Origin: Syntrophales bacterium
GTDB taxonomy: Bacteria; Desulfobacterota; Syntrophia; Syntrophales; UBA2210
Length of the DNA stretch: 64,000 bases
NCBI GenBank assembly: GCA_963665835.2
Contig: CAXXWJ010000002.1
Coordinates: forward strand, 656,948 to 720,947
Reading direction: 5' to 3'
Made by a program: the position numbers and the translations under genes
The notes under the pieces: model-generated
What the model saw: the letters and a program-made list of their open reading frames with translations, nothing else
Told to the model about the DNA's origin: nothing
Databases searched by the model: none
Part shown: piece by piece, positions 20,475 through 31,124 of the stretch
How the letters are laid out: each line of letters opens with the position of its first letter
How positions within the stretch are numbered: the first letter of the stretch is position 1

Positions 20475-23400
20475 ATGGCCAGGGATATAAAGACCTACTT
20501 TCAACTCCCGTCTAAACGATTCAGCGCCATCTTTGCCATCTTCTTCGTAACGGCTGTCTTTTTTTTACCCGGAACTATCGAAGGGAAGGAAAACTCTCCG
20601 GAACCAGAGATCCTATCCGCTTCGGAAGTCGATTATCCCCCATTCTGCATCGTTGATAATAAAGGCAATGCAGGCGGATTTTCTGTTGAGCTCATGTCTG
20701 CGGCTCTGACCGCCATGAACCGAAAAGTCACTTTTCAGACCGGAACCTGGCCTGATGTGAGGGGCTGGCTGGAGAGGGGTGAAGTTCAGGCCCTTCCCCT
20801 GGTGGGACGCACACCGGAGCGCGAGCCTCTCTTCGATTTTACATTTCCATACATGTCTATCCACGGTGCCATCGTTGTGAGGCAGGGTCAAAACGCCATC
20901 GCGGACCTGGAAGACCTCAAAGGCAAGCAGGTCGCCGTCATGAAGGGCGACAACGCCGAAGAATTCCTGCGAAGGAAGGATCGCAGGATTGATATTAAAA
21001 CAACGTCCACCTTCGAAGAGGCCCTTTTAGATTTGTCCCAAGGGCATTACGATGCCGTGGTGATACAGCGCCTTGTAGCTATTCGCCTCATCGCGAAAAA
21101 CCGGATCACTAACCTGCATGTTCTTGAAAAACCAATCGAAGGGTTTCAGCAGGATTTCTGCTTTGCCGTAAAGGAAGGAGACAGGGAAATGTTGGCCCTC
21201 CTTAACGAAGGCCTGGCCCTTGTAATGGCAGACGGCACCTATCGACATCTGCACGCAAAGTGGTTTGCAGCCCTGCAGCTCCCCGCTAAAAGAGACATCA
21301 TAGTAGGTGGAGACAGTAACTACCCACCCTACGAATACCTGGATGAAAATGGAAGGCCCGTCGGCTATAACGTGGATATAACGAGAGCGATAGCCAGGGC
21401 AATGGGTATGGACATAGAGATACGCCTGGGACCCTGGGAAAAAATCCGCGAAGAATTGTCACGGGGCGAAATCGACGTCATTCAGCGGATGTCCTACTCC
21501 ACGGAACGGGACCGAAAATTTGACTTCACGCAGACCCATACACTTAACCATTACGTGGGCGTAGTTCGCAACGGTGAAGGTGCCGCACCTGCTAAAATAG
21601 ACGAACTGGCCAATAAGCGCATTTTGGTACAGCGTGGCGACATCATTCACGACCTTCTGCTGGAAAAAGGTCTGGGGAAAGAGGTCACAGCCCTGGAGTC
21701 CGAAGAGGAGGCCCTCCGGGAACTGGCCCTTGGAAAATATGATTGCGCACTGGTACCGCGTATTACGGCCCTGTACTGGATTAAAAAGCATGGATGGACC
21801 AATCTCGCTTTAGGCCAGAGGGCTCTTCTTTCACCAGAGTACTGCTATGCCGTTCTGAAGGGCCAAAAGGCTATCCTTACACAGTTCAGCGAGGGGCTTA
21901 GCATCCTTGAAGAAAGCGGAGAATACCGCCGTATCTATGAGAAATGGATGGGGCGGTACCCAAAACCATTGGATATTGTCAATGTACTGCGCTATTTTTC
22001 AATGGTGTTATTTCCCCTAATCCTGATCCTTGTAGCGATCTTTCTATGGTCCTGGTCATTACGCAGAAAGGTAAGCGCCAAGACAAGGGAACTGAGCGAA
22101 AGCATCGACAAATTTCAGTATGTCTTCGAATCGGCGAATGTAGGAAAATCTATCACACTGCTCACCGGACAGATGAATGCCAACAACACCCTGGCTGATT
22201 TTCTGGGCTACAGTAAGGAAGAACTTAACAACAAGACCTGGAAGGAGATTACTCCTGAGGAAGATATAGAAGCCACTCAGAATAAAATTAATACTCTTCT
22301 TAGCGGAGAAAAAGAATCAGTTCGATTTGAAAAGAGATATCTCCATAAAGGGGGCGCCCACCTGTGGGCAGATGCCAGCGTAATTATCCGGAGAGACGAC
22401 AGCGGCAAACCTCTCTACCTTATAACAACAATAGTGGACATCAACGAGAAAAAACGAGCGGAAGAGGCCCTTAGAGAGAGTGAAGAACTTTTCAGAAAAC
22501 TGTTCGAGGAACACGCTGCCGCTAAACTGATAATAGATCCTGATACGGGAAAAATAATAGATGCCAATAAAGCGGCATCTGCTTTCTATGGATGGTCCCG
22601 AGAAGTTCTAAGAACCATGAAGATACAGGACATCAACACGCTCTCCCCGGAAGAAGTTGAAAAGGAGATGCAGAAGGTCCGGAGAGAAAAACGGGTACAT
22701 TTCGAATTTTCTCACCGGAAAAAGGATGGGACAATCAGGGCCGTAGAGGTATTCAGCAGCAAAATCGAGGTCAAAGGAAAAGAGTACCTCCACTCTGTTA
22801 TTCATGACATCACGGACCGGAAAAAGGCCGAGACAGCGCTTCTGGAGGCGGAGGAACGATACCGGATTCTTTTCGAGAATTCGCCGGACGGCATCGTAGT
22901 TATTGACCCTAAGACATCGCAGTTCATAGAGTTTAATGAAATAGCCTGTCGGCAATTGGGCTATTCGCACGATGAATTTGCGAGATTAAACCTTTCTGAT
23001 TTGGAGTTGTCCGAAAGGCCCGAGGAAACAAGAGCGCACATTGAAAAGGTGATTAACAATGGAAGAAACGATTTTGAAACTAAGCATCTCACAAAGAAGG
23101 GCGACACCAGGGATATCCACGTAACGGCTCAAAGTACGAACATCCTGGGGAAAGACTTTTATCACTGCGTATGGCGTGACATCACCTCACAAAAGAAGAC
23201 GGAGGAAAAACTCAATAACTCCCTTGAAAGGCTTCGGAAAGCAATTGCTACAACGGTTCAGGTAATGGTCTCAGCGGTAGAGATCAGAGACCCCTATACG
23301 GCCGGTCACCAGAACAGGACAGCGGACCTTGCCCGCGCCATTGCTATGGAAATGGGACTGCCAGAGGGAAATATTGACGGCATAAGGCTTGCTGGATCTA

Positions 23401-23813
23401 TCCATGACATAGGCAAGCTGTCAGTCCCAGCGGAGATACTCTCAAAACCGGCAAAACTGACAGATATAGAGTTCTCCCTCATCAAAGAACATCCACGTCA
23501 CGGATATGAGATACTGAAGGATGTGGAAACCGAATGGCCTCTGGCGGAAATCGTATACCAGCACCATGAGAGGATGGATGGCTCCGGTTATCCCAGGGGG
23601 CTGAAGGGGGATGAGATCATCATGGATGCCAGGATAATGGCCGTTGCCGATGTCGTCGAAGCCATTGCCTCGCACCGTCCATATCGCCCTGCCTTGGGAA
23701 TCGACTTTGCACTGAAAGAGATATCGGAAAAGAGCGGAGAATTATACGATCCGCAGGTCGTAATTGCCTGCTTGGATTTGTTTCGGGAAAAGGGGTATAA
23801 ATTTCCGAAATAG
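20475..23813 (+). CDS. Sensor protein: two periplasmic family-3 solute-binding domains, TM, multiple PAS domains, HD-GYP c-di-GMP phosphodiesterase domain
   Basis: 1112 aa. Two SBP_bac_3-like repeats (EVDYPPF.., GGDSNYPPYEY..), PAS/PAC repeats with DITDRKKAE linkers, and C-terminal HDIGKL...HHERMDGSGYPRGL. Confidence 0.85.
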   Translation: MARDIKTYFQLPSKRFSAIFAIFFVTAVFFLPGTIEGKENSPEPEILSASEVDYPPFCIVDNKGNAGGFSVELMSAALTAMNRKVTFQTGTWPDVRGWLERGEVQALPLVGRTPEREPLFDFTFPYMSIHGAIVVRQGQNAIADLEDLKGKQVAVMKGDNAEEFLRRKDRRIDIKTTSTFEEALLDLSQGHYDAVVIQRLVAIRLIAKNRITNLHVLEKPIEGFQQDFCFAVKEGDREMLALLNEGLALVMADGTYRHLHAKWFAALQLPAKRDIIVGGDSNYPPYEYLDENGRPVGYNVDITRAIARAMGMDIEIRLGPWEKIREELSRGEIDVIQRMSYSTERDRKFDFTQTHTLNHYVGVVRNGEGAAPAKIDELANKRILVQRGDIIHDLLLEKGLGKEVTALESEEEALRELALGKYDCALVPRITALYWIKKHGWTNLALGQRALLSPEYCYAVLKGQKAILTQFSEGLSILEESGEYRRIYEKWMGRYPKPLDIVNVLRYFSMVLFPLILILVAIFLWSWSLRRKVSAKTRELSESIDKFQYVFESANVGKSITLLTGQMNANNTLADFLGYSKEELNNKTWKEITPEEDIEATQNKINTLLSGEKESVRFEKRYLHKGGAHLWADASVIIRRDDSGKPLYLITTIVDINEKKRAEEALRESEELFRKLFEEHAAAKLIIDPDTGKIIDANKAASAFYGWSREVLRTMKIQDINTLSPEEVEKEMQKVRREKRVHFEFSHRKKDGTIRAVEVFSSKIEVKGKEYLHSVIHDITDRKKAETALLEAEERYRILFENSPDGIVVIDPKTSQFIEFNEIACRQLGYSHDEFARLNLSDLELSERPEETRAHIEKVINNGRNDFETKHLTKKGDTRDIHVTAQSTNILGKDFYHCVWRDITSQKKTEEKLNNSLERLRKAIATTVQVMVSAVEIRDPYTAGHQNRTADLARAIAMEMGLPEGNIDGIRLAGSIHDIGKLSVPAEILSKPAKLTDIEFSLIKEHPRHGYEILKDVETEWPLAEIVYQHHERMDGSGYPRGLKGDEIIMDARIMAVADVVEAIASHRPYRPALGIDFALKEISEKSGELYDPQVVIACLDLFREKGYKFPK

Positions 23814-24054
23814 GAGGCTGACTATATAATCTCGCAGAAAACAGTTTATTGTATTTATCTTTAATCTTTAATTTTTAATATCTGGCAGGGATTTGCCGAC
23901 CGCTGAATTGGAAAAAGATGCTGTGCTGATTTATCAGAAAACCAGCCTGTTAAAATGCACTTATATCTTAACCGCAAAACCGGCACCCAAGGTTATTTTA
24001 TTTTCTTGAAAATTTTTTTTTAGAACCTGTATAAGAGACAGCCTCGGATATAAA

Positions 24055-25110
24055 GTGAGAGATTTTCCAATGAGCACCGATAGCCCCGAATCGATGAAAG
24101 ATATATCAACCCTGAAACAGAAAATTCAGGATCTCGAACAATTGTTAGCAGAGCTAAAAGATACTAGAGACGAATTGCAGGAGAGTGCGGCGAAATACCG
24201 TTTTCTTGTGGAACAGATGACGGATACCGTATGGACCCTCGACATGAACATGAAACCCACCTATGTCGGCCAATCAAGCATAAAAAACCTGGGATTCACG
24301 CCGGAAGAACGAATGGGGCAGCATCTGTCGGAGATGGTGACAGCGGATACATATTCCAAGCTTATGGAGCTCCTTGCCCAGGAGATGAAAAAAGAGCAGG
24401 AGGGCACTGCAGATCCCAACAGGTTTGTTGTCATAGAGATGGAATACTATCACAAGGATGGCCATACTCTCTGGTTTGAAAACAGGGTACACGCGATTCG
24501 CGATAAAGATGGAAAGATAGTCGGCTTTCACGGCGTATCGAGAGATATCACCGAAAGAAAGCGCAGAGAGGACTGGTTGAGGGACAGTACAAAAAAATAT
24601 CAGAAACTGAGCATGCTCGACAATCTCACCAAGCTTTACAATCTGGGACAGTTTTATAGCCAGATTAAAATCGAGATAGATCGATCATCCCGTTATAACC
24701 AGCCATTAACACTTGTATTTCTTGACCTTGATGATTTCAAAACATTCAATGATACTTACGGTCACATAGAGGGAGACAGGGTATTAAAAAGAATAGGTCG
24801 GGTTATCAAAAGCTGTCTGCGCTCAACAGATTTCGCCTACCGTTATGGAGGAGAAGAGTTCACTGCCATACTCCCAATGACAAGCAGATCAGAGGGAGTA
24901 ATTATAGCGGAAAGGATCAAATCGGAAATAAAGCGACAGCCCTTCTCGCCCCTTCCCGGTCGGAAGGTTCATGTAACTGTAAGTATCGGCCTGGCTCAGT
25001 ACAAGCAGCAGGAAGACATGAAATCATTTGTCAAACGTGCTGATCAGTACATGTATTACAGTAAAAAACATGGCAAGGACAGGGTCTGCCATGATACATG
25101 CTTTTTATGA
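24055..25110 (+). CDS. PAS-domain diguanylate cyclase (GGEEF)
   Basis: PAS/PAC segment (…GVSRDITERK), then DNLTKLYN...RYGGEEFTAIL...ADQYMYYSK. Confidence 0.85.
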   Translation: MRDFPMSTDSPESMKDISTLKQKIQDLEQLLAELKDTRDELQESAAKYRFLVEQMTDTVWTLDMNMKPTYVGQSSIKNLGFTPEERMGQHLSEMVTADTYSKLMELLAQEMKKEQEGTADPNRFVVIEMEYYHKDGHTLWFENRVHAIRDKDGKIVGFHGVSRDITERKRREDWLRDSTKKYQKLSMLDNLTKLYNLGQFYSQIKIEIDRSSRYNQPLTLVFLDLDDFKTFNDTYGHIEGDRVLKRIGRVIKSCLRSTDFAYRYGGEEFTAILPMTSRSEGVIIAERIKSEIKRQPFSPLPGRKVHVTVSIGLAQYKQQEDMKSFVKRADQYMYYSKKHGKDRVCHDTCFL

Positions 25111-25232
25111 TTTAAAATATGCGATTATCTTGGTAGCGCATCGGACGGGCAGTTCAAGTTTGCGCATCTACATCAGCAGGACATTAAGTTTAAATTGCAA
25201 TACGAAACAGATTTGACCCATTAATTTTAAAA

Positions 25233-25682
25233 ATGGATAATAAAGAACAGGTATTAAAGGAAGTTATCAGCAGGCAGTACTTCGCTGTGCTCAACTCTGT
25301 AGGAAAATCCCTTGTTCCCTACAGCAATCTCGTTTCTTTCGCCATAACGGAAGATTGGAAGTCACTTGTTTTTTTTACCTCCAGGGATACGCGCAAGTAC
25401 AGGAACATCAAGGAAAATGAAAATGTCACCCTGCTTATCGACAACAGGACAAACCAACCCTCTGACATAACCAATGCTTTCGCAATAACATTAATTGGGA
25501 CCGCAGATGAAGAACCTGATAGCGGTGGAATCCTTCGGCCAATCTTCATCAAAAGACATCCCCACCTGGAAGGGTTTGTTAACAATCCAGGCAGCGCACT
25601 GATATCGGTTAAGGCAAGGGAATATATAATTGCAGGCTTCGATAAGACGGAGCGAATTCCGATATCTAATTTGCGATCATAA
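25233..25682 (+). CDS. Pyridoxamine 5'-phosphate oxidase family protein
   Basis: 149 aa; the pattern FAVLNSV...PYSNLVSFAIT...LVFFTSRDTRKYRNI...VTLLID is typical of the split-barrel FMN-binding family. Confidence 0.65.
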   Translation: MDNKEQVLKEVISRQYFAVLNSVGKSLVPYSNLVSFAITEDWKSLVFFTSRDTRKYRNIKENENVTLLIDNRTNQPSDITNAFAITLIGTADEEPDSGGILRPIFIKRHPHLEGFVNNPGSALISVKAREYIIAGFDKTERIPISNLRS

Positions 25683-25931
25683 CTGTAAATCTGGCGTAAT
25701 TGGACGAAGGGCAAATAGTTTACGCCAAATAGCCAAAAACAAGCTGGCGAAAAGCAGTGGGATTGAAAGGGTTCTGTTGTTTTCCGCAGCTGCCGAAACC
25801 CGCCTTGCTAACAGTGCCTCTTTTGTTTTTTACCTTCCTGCTCTCCCTTTAATTTTCTGAAATATTCTTCAAGGTCATTGTATTTTCTTTGTTCTTGACA
25901 ACGATTCTGACCATGGATATAAGCCGGAACC

Positions 25932-27953
25932 ATGAAGTTTGATTACAAAAATCTTAGCAGCCGATGGATCTTCCTCTCAATAGTTGTGACATCGTTTCTA
26001 TCTATAGCTGCCAGTGTCTTTTTTTTTATCAATGGATGCTTTATAATATTCCAGAACATTTTCTATATTCCTCTTATACTTGCCTGCTTTTATTACGGTA
26101 AACGTGGATATGCCTTTTCTATATTTTTAGTGCTTGTCTATTTTTCATTGGTGGTTATATTCACGGATTATACGACTGTGATAGGGGGAGCTGCTATAAG
26201 AGTGGGGTTCTTCCTTATTATAGCCTCGATTATTGTCACAATTTCCTTAATGAATAGTAGAACAAAATACAAACTAATTAAGGAACGCGAAAGTTTCCAG
26301 ACTGTGGCAGACTTCACCTACGATTGGGCCTACTGGACCGATCCCAAGCAGAATCTTATATATGTATCTCCATCATGCCAAAGAATATGCGGCCACAACC
26401 CCGAGAAATTCTTCGCCGATCCCAGCCTGATGTCAAAAATAGTTCACCCCGGGGATAGGGATCAATTCCGGCGTCATATGACAGATTATCATGATAAATG
26501 CATCAATACTGTGGGCGAGTTTGAATTTAGGATATTGAATAAGTATGGAGAAGATCGATGGATCTCCCACCTATGTCAACCGGTCTTCGGCAATGACGGA
26601 AAGTTCATGGGCAGGCGAGCCAACAACAGGGACATAACAGACCGGAAAAATGCAGAAGAGGCTTTGATAAAAAGTGAAGAAAACCTGCGAAGGGAAAGAG
26701 ACTGGGCCCAGAATTATCTCGATGTGGCGGCCACCATGCTCATTGTCATTGGCAGGGACGCAAAGATAAAGCTGATAAACCGCAAAGGCTGTGAAATACT
26801 GGGCTACCGGGAAGATGAAATAGTAGGGGAAGACTGGTTCGACAAATGCTTGCCTCCAGGTTTCCTTACAGATGCCAGGGCACTGTACAGACGTCTAATG
26901 GCAGGAGAGGTACTGAGTAATACCGAGCTTGAAAACAAGGTATTGGATAGCAAGGGAAGGGAAAGATTGATAGCCTGGCGCAATTCCCTTTTGCACGATG
27001 ACAAAGGACAGATAACGGGTGTATTAGCCTCCGGAAATGACATAACAGAAAAAAAACAGATGGAACTTGACCTCTGGGAGAGTGAGCAGCGGTACCGGGC
27101 CTTTTTTGAAACTTCAAGGGATGGAACTTTTATGACCGGAGTTGACGGTCGATGGATAGAGTTTAACCCAGCAATGGTGAATCTTCTGGGATATAACAGT
27201 GAGGAAGAGCTAAAGGCCGTTAATATAAACAACTTTTATAAAAACATCGAAGATCGTGGCCGTCTTGAGGCTTTACTTATGGAAAGCGGTTACGTGCATG
27301 ACTATCCTATTGACATCATAGGAAAGGATGGAAATATTGTTCACGCTCTGGTGACAAGCGTTATAAGGCGTGGGCCAACAGGGAACATAATTGGTTATCA
27401 GGGAGTGGTCAACGATATAACTGAAAGAAAAAGAAGTGAAGAAGCCATACACTGGCTAGCATACCACGACTCATTGACGGGATTGCCGAACAGGGCGCTT
27501 TTCAATGACCGTGCCGACTTGTCCATATCCCAGGCCCTCAGAGAAGAAAAGCCTTTGGCAATCATGATTTTCGATCTCGATAAATTCAAAGATGTAAATG
27601 ATACACTAGGTCATAACGTTGGAGATCTTCTTTTGAAATCCGTATCTGAGAGAATGAGTCATCTTATTCGAAAAGGAGATACCGTGGCTCGTATGGGTGG
27701 TGATGAGTTCCTGCTGATATTTCCCACCATAAAACGTGACGAAGATGTAATCCTGATCGCCAGCAAGATCATAGAGACATTCCAGACACCTTTTCTATGC
27801 AATGCCCATGAACTTAAAGTAACAACCAGTCTGGGTATATCTATATACCCAAAAGACGGTGAAGATGTGGATACACTGGTTAAGAGGGCAGACATCGCCA
27901 TGTATAAGGCCAAGCAGACGGGCCGGAACCGCTATGAACTTTATCAGGGATAA
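25932..27953 (+). CDS. Membrane-anchored multi-PAS diguanylate cyclase (GGDEF)
   Basis: 673 aa with N-terminal TM helices, three PAS/PAC units and C-terminal DSLTGLPNR...RMGGDEFLLIF...ADIAMYKAK. Confidence 0.85.
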   Translation: MKFDYKNLSSRWIFLSIVVTSFLSIAASVFFFINGCFIIFQNIFYIPLILACFYYGKRGYAFSIFLVLVYFSLVVIFTDYTTVIGGAAIRVGFFLIIASIIVTISLMNSRTKYKLIKERESFQTVADFTYDWAYWTDPKQNLIYVSPSCQRICGHNPEKFFADPSLMSKIVHPGDRDQFRRHMTDYHDKCINTVGEFEFRILNKYGEDRWISHLCQPVFGNDGKFMGRRANNRDITDRKNAEEALIKSEENLRRERDWAQNYLDVAATMLIVIGRDAKIKLINRKGCEILGYREDEIVGEDWFDKCLPPGFLTDARALYRRLMAGEVLSNTELENKVLDSKGRERLIAWRNSLLHDDKGQITGVLASGNDITEKKQMELDLWESEQRYRAFFETSRDGTFMTGVDGRWIEFNPAMVNLLGYNSEEELKAVNINNFYKNIEDRGRLEALLMESGYVHDYPIDIIGKDGNIVHALVTSVIRRGPTGNIIGYQGVVNDITERKRSEEAIHWLAYHDSLTGLPNRALFNDRADLSISQALREEKPLAIMIFDLDKFKDVNDTLGHNVGDLLLKSVSERMSHLIRKGDTVARMGGDEFLLIFPTIKRDEDVILIASKIIETFQTPFLCNAHELKVTTSLGISIYPKDGEDVDTLVKRADIAMYKAKQTGRNRYELYQG

Positions 27954-28096
27954 CTGAAAATATAAGAGATATTAACCAAATCCTTTTTCAAACAACTCCG
28001 CAACTGCCACTACTCTCGATCATAAAAAAACCTTACAGGATATAGAAAAAGGAACAGGATCTGGTTCATCCTGCCCCTCTTTCTGTTGTCATTTTT

Positions 28097-28690
28097 TTAT
28101 GCAAGCTGTGAGTTGACAAAATCCCAGTTGATCAGGTGTCCAATAAAGGCGTCTAGATAATCACCACGTGCATTCTGGTAGTCAAGATAGTAGGCATGCT
28201 CCCATACGTCCACTGTCAGCAGCGGTTTAATCCCCTGTGCTATTGGAGTGTCGGCATTCCCGGTCTTCATGATCTCAACCTTTCCGTCCTTCAGTACGAG
28301 CCATGCCCAACCGCTTCCAAATTGTGTCAGCCCGGCGTTTTTTAATTCCTTTACGAAATCTGTATAGGCCCCGAATGCTTGCTCCAGTTTTTCTCCTATC
28401 GCATCCTTTGGCAACCCCCCACCACCGGGTTTAATCGACTGCCAGTAAAATGTGTGGTTCCATACCTGGGCTGCGTTGTTGAAGATTCCTGCCTTGCCTG
28501 GGTCACCGGCTGTCTTAATTATGATACTCTCCAGCGTCTCACCGGCCAGATCCGTTCCTCCAATCAGATTGTTAAGGTTGGTTACGTAAGCATTGTGGTG
28601 TTTTCCGTAATGAAACTCAAGGGTCTTCGAGCTTATATACGGTTCGAGGGCGTCCTTTTGATACGGAAGTTCGGGCAGTTCAATAGCCAT
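28097..28690 (-). CDS. sodB: Fe/Mn superoxide dismutase
   Basis: MAIELPELPY...LEFHYGKHH...AAQVWNHTFYW...DVWEHAYYLDYQN. Start placed at ATG 28690 behind AGGAGAG; the track ORF extends spuriously upstream to 28885. Confidence 0.9.
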   Translation of the reverse strand: MAIELPELPYQKDALEPYISSKTLEFHYGKHHNAYVTNLNNLIGGTDLAGETLESIIIKTAGDPGKAGIFNNAAQVWNHTFYWQSIKPGGGGLPKDAIGEKLEQAFGAYTDFVKELKNAGLTQFGSGWAWLVLKDGKVEIMKTGNADTPIAQGIKPLLTVDVWEHAYYLDYQNARGDYLDAFIGHLINWDFVNSQLA

Positions 28691-29061
28691 TTGTCTCTCT
28701 CCTTTTTCCCCTGATGTTTTTATTGCAGGCCCTATAACAGACCCACATACTCCGCCGGAAACCAGCTCCGCCAGGGCACGGGCCAGGTTCTGGCAAGCAA
28801 CCCTATACCAAACTATGCGAGGTATTTTATCATAGAAACTGACCCAAATATCAAGACCTAAAAGTATGTGTGCCCTCTCGAACACAACAACCCATCCACC
28901 TCACCCTTAGGAATATCCAACCTAACCGTAGGATATAGGCACTAACTCCTCCTCCATGTTGAATTTTACCTATCCAAAGATAGATTAGAATTACCCATGA
29001 CCAATAAGATATTGGCTTAATTATCAAATAGTTAATACCTTATTTTGCAAAAAGATCTATT

Positions 29062-29077
29062 CTGGCACCAAATATGC
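29062..29077 (+). promoter_or_regulatory. Sigma-54 type -24/-12 promoter (cTGGCACcaaatatGC)
   Basis: GG at 29064-65 and GC at 29076-77 with the canonical 10-nt spacing, ~95 nt upstream of the ammonium transporter start. amtB-glnK operons are classically NtrC/sigma-54 dependent. Confidence 0.5.
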
Positions 29078-29174
29078 GAACCTACAATGACGTATAGACT
29101 TGGTATCCTGGATGGCTGAAGCTCCTTTCCGGATATCACAATTTCTTCCATTATATTTATGAAGGAGGCCAAAT

Positions 29175-30524
29175 ATGAAACAAAGATTAACAACAGCGGT
29201 ACTATTAGCGCTTATGTTGTGCCTGACCGGAGGCACGGCATTCGCTGAAGACAGCGTAGCTTCAAACAAGATCGCCCTGGACACAGTATGGGTAATACTG
29301 GCGGGAGTGCTGGTAATGTTCATGCAGCCCGGATTTGCATTGCTGGAGTCTGGCTTCAGCCGTGCAAAGAATGCATGTAACATATTGATGAAGAACCTCA
29401 TGGATTTCTCCTTCGGCTCTTTCTTTTTCTGGATAATGGGGTTCGGCCTTATGTTCGGCGCAGGAAACGGTTTTTTCGGTACTTCGGGGTTCTTCCTTAA
29501 CGACAGCGGAACAACATTCGATTCGCTTTCATGGACCACAGTACCACTGGAAGCAAAATATTTTTTCCAGCTGGTTTTCTGCGCAACGGCGGCGACCATT
29601 GTATCGGGAGCCATGGCGGAACGCACCAAGTTCACGGCATATATCGCCTATAGCATTATAACCTGCGCCCTGATCTATCCCATATCAGGGCACTGGATCT
29701 GGGGCGGCGGCTGGCTGGCAGGACTTGGAATGTGGGATTTTGCAGGTTCTACAGTAGTTCACTCCGTAGGTGGCTGGCTGGCATTGGCCGGCGCGATCAT
29801 GCTTGGACCACGGATTGGTAAATATTCCGCCAACGGAGTTGCTAAGGCAATTCCCGGACACAACATCCCGCTGGGAGCCCTGGGAGTGTTTATCTTGTGG
29901 TTCGGCTGGTTCGGATTTAATGCCGGAAGCACAATGGCAGCAGTAACAGATATCGGACACATCGTATCGACAACCAACATCGCCGCCGCGATAGGAGCAA
30001 TAGCAGCAATGTTTACCTCCTGGATCCTGTTCAAAAAACCTGATCCAAGTATGACCTTCAACGGCGCAGTAGCAGGTTTGGTGGCCGTTACGGCACCTTG
30101 TGCATTCGTATCAATCGGCAGTGCTGCCATCATAGGTCTTGTAGCCGGAGTTCTCGTAGTCCTGTCGATAATATTTCTCGACAAGGTACTCCATATTGAC
30201 GACCCGGTAGGTGCCGTATCGGTACACGGCGTATGCGGAGCCTGGGGGACCATAGCGCTGGGTTTGTTCGCACAGGATATCTTTGCACCGGGAACCACCG
30301 GAGATGGCCTGCTTTTCGGCGGAGGGCTTAAACTGCTGGAAGCTCAGTCCATAGGGGTTTTGTCCATATTCGCCTGGTGCATGGTGACAGGGTTTATCAT
30401 GTTCTATCTCATTAAACTGGTAATCGGACTTCGGGTAAGCAGGGAAGAGGAACTACGCGGGCTTGATATAGACGAGCACGGCACAGAAGCCTACCACGGA
30501 TTCCAGATATTCAGTAACCAGTGA
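29175..30524 (+). CDS. amtB: Ammonium transporter (Amt family)
   Basis: 449 aa with a signal peptide and 11 TM helices. Motifs [21 protein letters not shown] and HGVCGAWG. Confidence 0.9.
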   Translation: MKQRLTTAVLLALMLCLTGGTAFAEDSVASNKIALDTVWVILAGVLVMFMQPGFALLESGFSRAKNACNILMKNLMDFSFGSFFFWIMGFGLMFGAGNGFFGTSGFFLNDSGTTFDSLSWTTVPLEAKYFFQLVFCATAATIVSGAMAERTKFTAYIAYSIITCALIYPISGHWIWGGGWLAGLGMWDFAGSTVVHSVGGWLALAGAIMLGPRIGKYSANGVAKAIPGHNIPLGALGVFILWFGWFGFNAGSTMAAVTDIGHIVSTTNIAAAIGAIAAMFTSWILFKKPDPSMTFNGAVAGLVAVTAPCAFVSIGSAAIIGLVAGVLVVLSIIFLDKVLHIDDPVGAVSVHGVCGAWGTIALGLFAQDIFAPGTTGDGLLFGGGLKLLEAQSIGVLSIFAWCMVTGFIMFYLIKLVIGLRVSREEELRGLDIDEHGTEAYHGFQIFSNQ

Positions 30525-30538
30525 TGAAAGGAGAGACT

Positions 30539-30880
30539 ATGAAATTAATAATTGCATATATAAAACCGGAAAAACTGGATGACGTGAAACAGGCGCTTTA
30601 CGATGCCAATGTATGCCGCATGTCCGTCACTAATTCTTTGGGATGCGGAAGACAGAAGGGTTATATGGAATCCTACAGAGGGCTTGTCTCCGAGATCAAC
30701 CTGCTGAAAAAAATGAGATTGGAAATTGCCGTAAATGATAATTTTCTTGAGCCTACACTAAAAGCCCTAATAAAGGGGGCTCAGACAGGAGGAATAGGAG
30801 ATGGCAAGATATTTGTAGTTAACCTCGAAGATTGCATAAGGATCAGCTCCGAAGAGAGCGGACCTGAAGCGATTGGCTGA
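30539..30880 (+). CDS. glnK: P-II nitrogen regulatory protein
   Basis: [17 protein letters not shown]...GRQKG...YRG (T-loop)...DGKIFV. AAAGGAGAG RBS. Overlaps the amt stop region. Confidence 0.9.
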   Translation: MKLIIAYIKPEKLDDVKQALYDANVCRMSVTNSLGCGRQKGYMESYRGLVSEINLLKKMRLEIAVNDNFLEPTLKALIKGAQTGGIGDGKIFVVNLEDCIRISSEESGPEAIG

Positions 30881-31124
30881 CAGATCGAAGGGTGGTGCAG
30901 CCTTTTCAAGTAGAGCAAGGGCTGCATCTACCTTCACCGCTCCCGGCACCGATGAAGAAGAGTCGTGCTTTTGTCATGGCCAGCAGTACAATATTTTTCC
31001 ATCCATTTGCATGAACCTTTCTTCATTTTGCCCGGGGTTCCTATGACAAAAACGGAGGCTAGTAATGTGAACCAGCCTTCGCCAGGATACCTGTGTTGCT
31101 CACAATCGGTTTTTTACGACAAGG

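Noticed and set aside
28691-28885. N-terminal 65-aa extension of the SOD ORF.
   Set aside because: The canonical SOD N-terminus MAIELPELPY starts at ATG 28690 behind an AGGAGAG RBS. The extension has no similarity to SOD leaders.
29057-30298. Minus-strand ORFs 29057-29635, 29685-29960 and 29759-30298.
   Set aside because: They are antisense to the clearly recognisable ammonium transporter gene, with no motifs.
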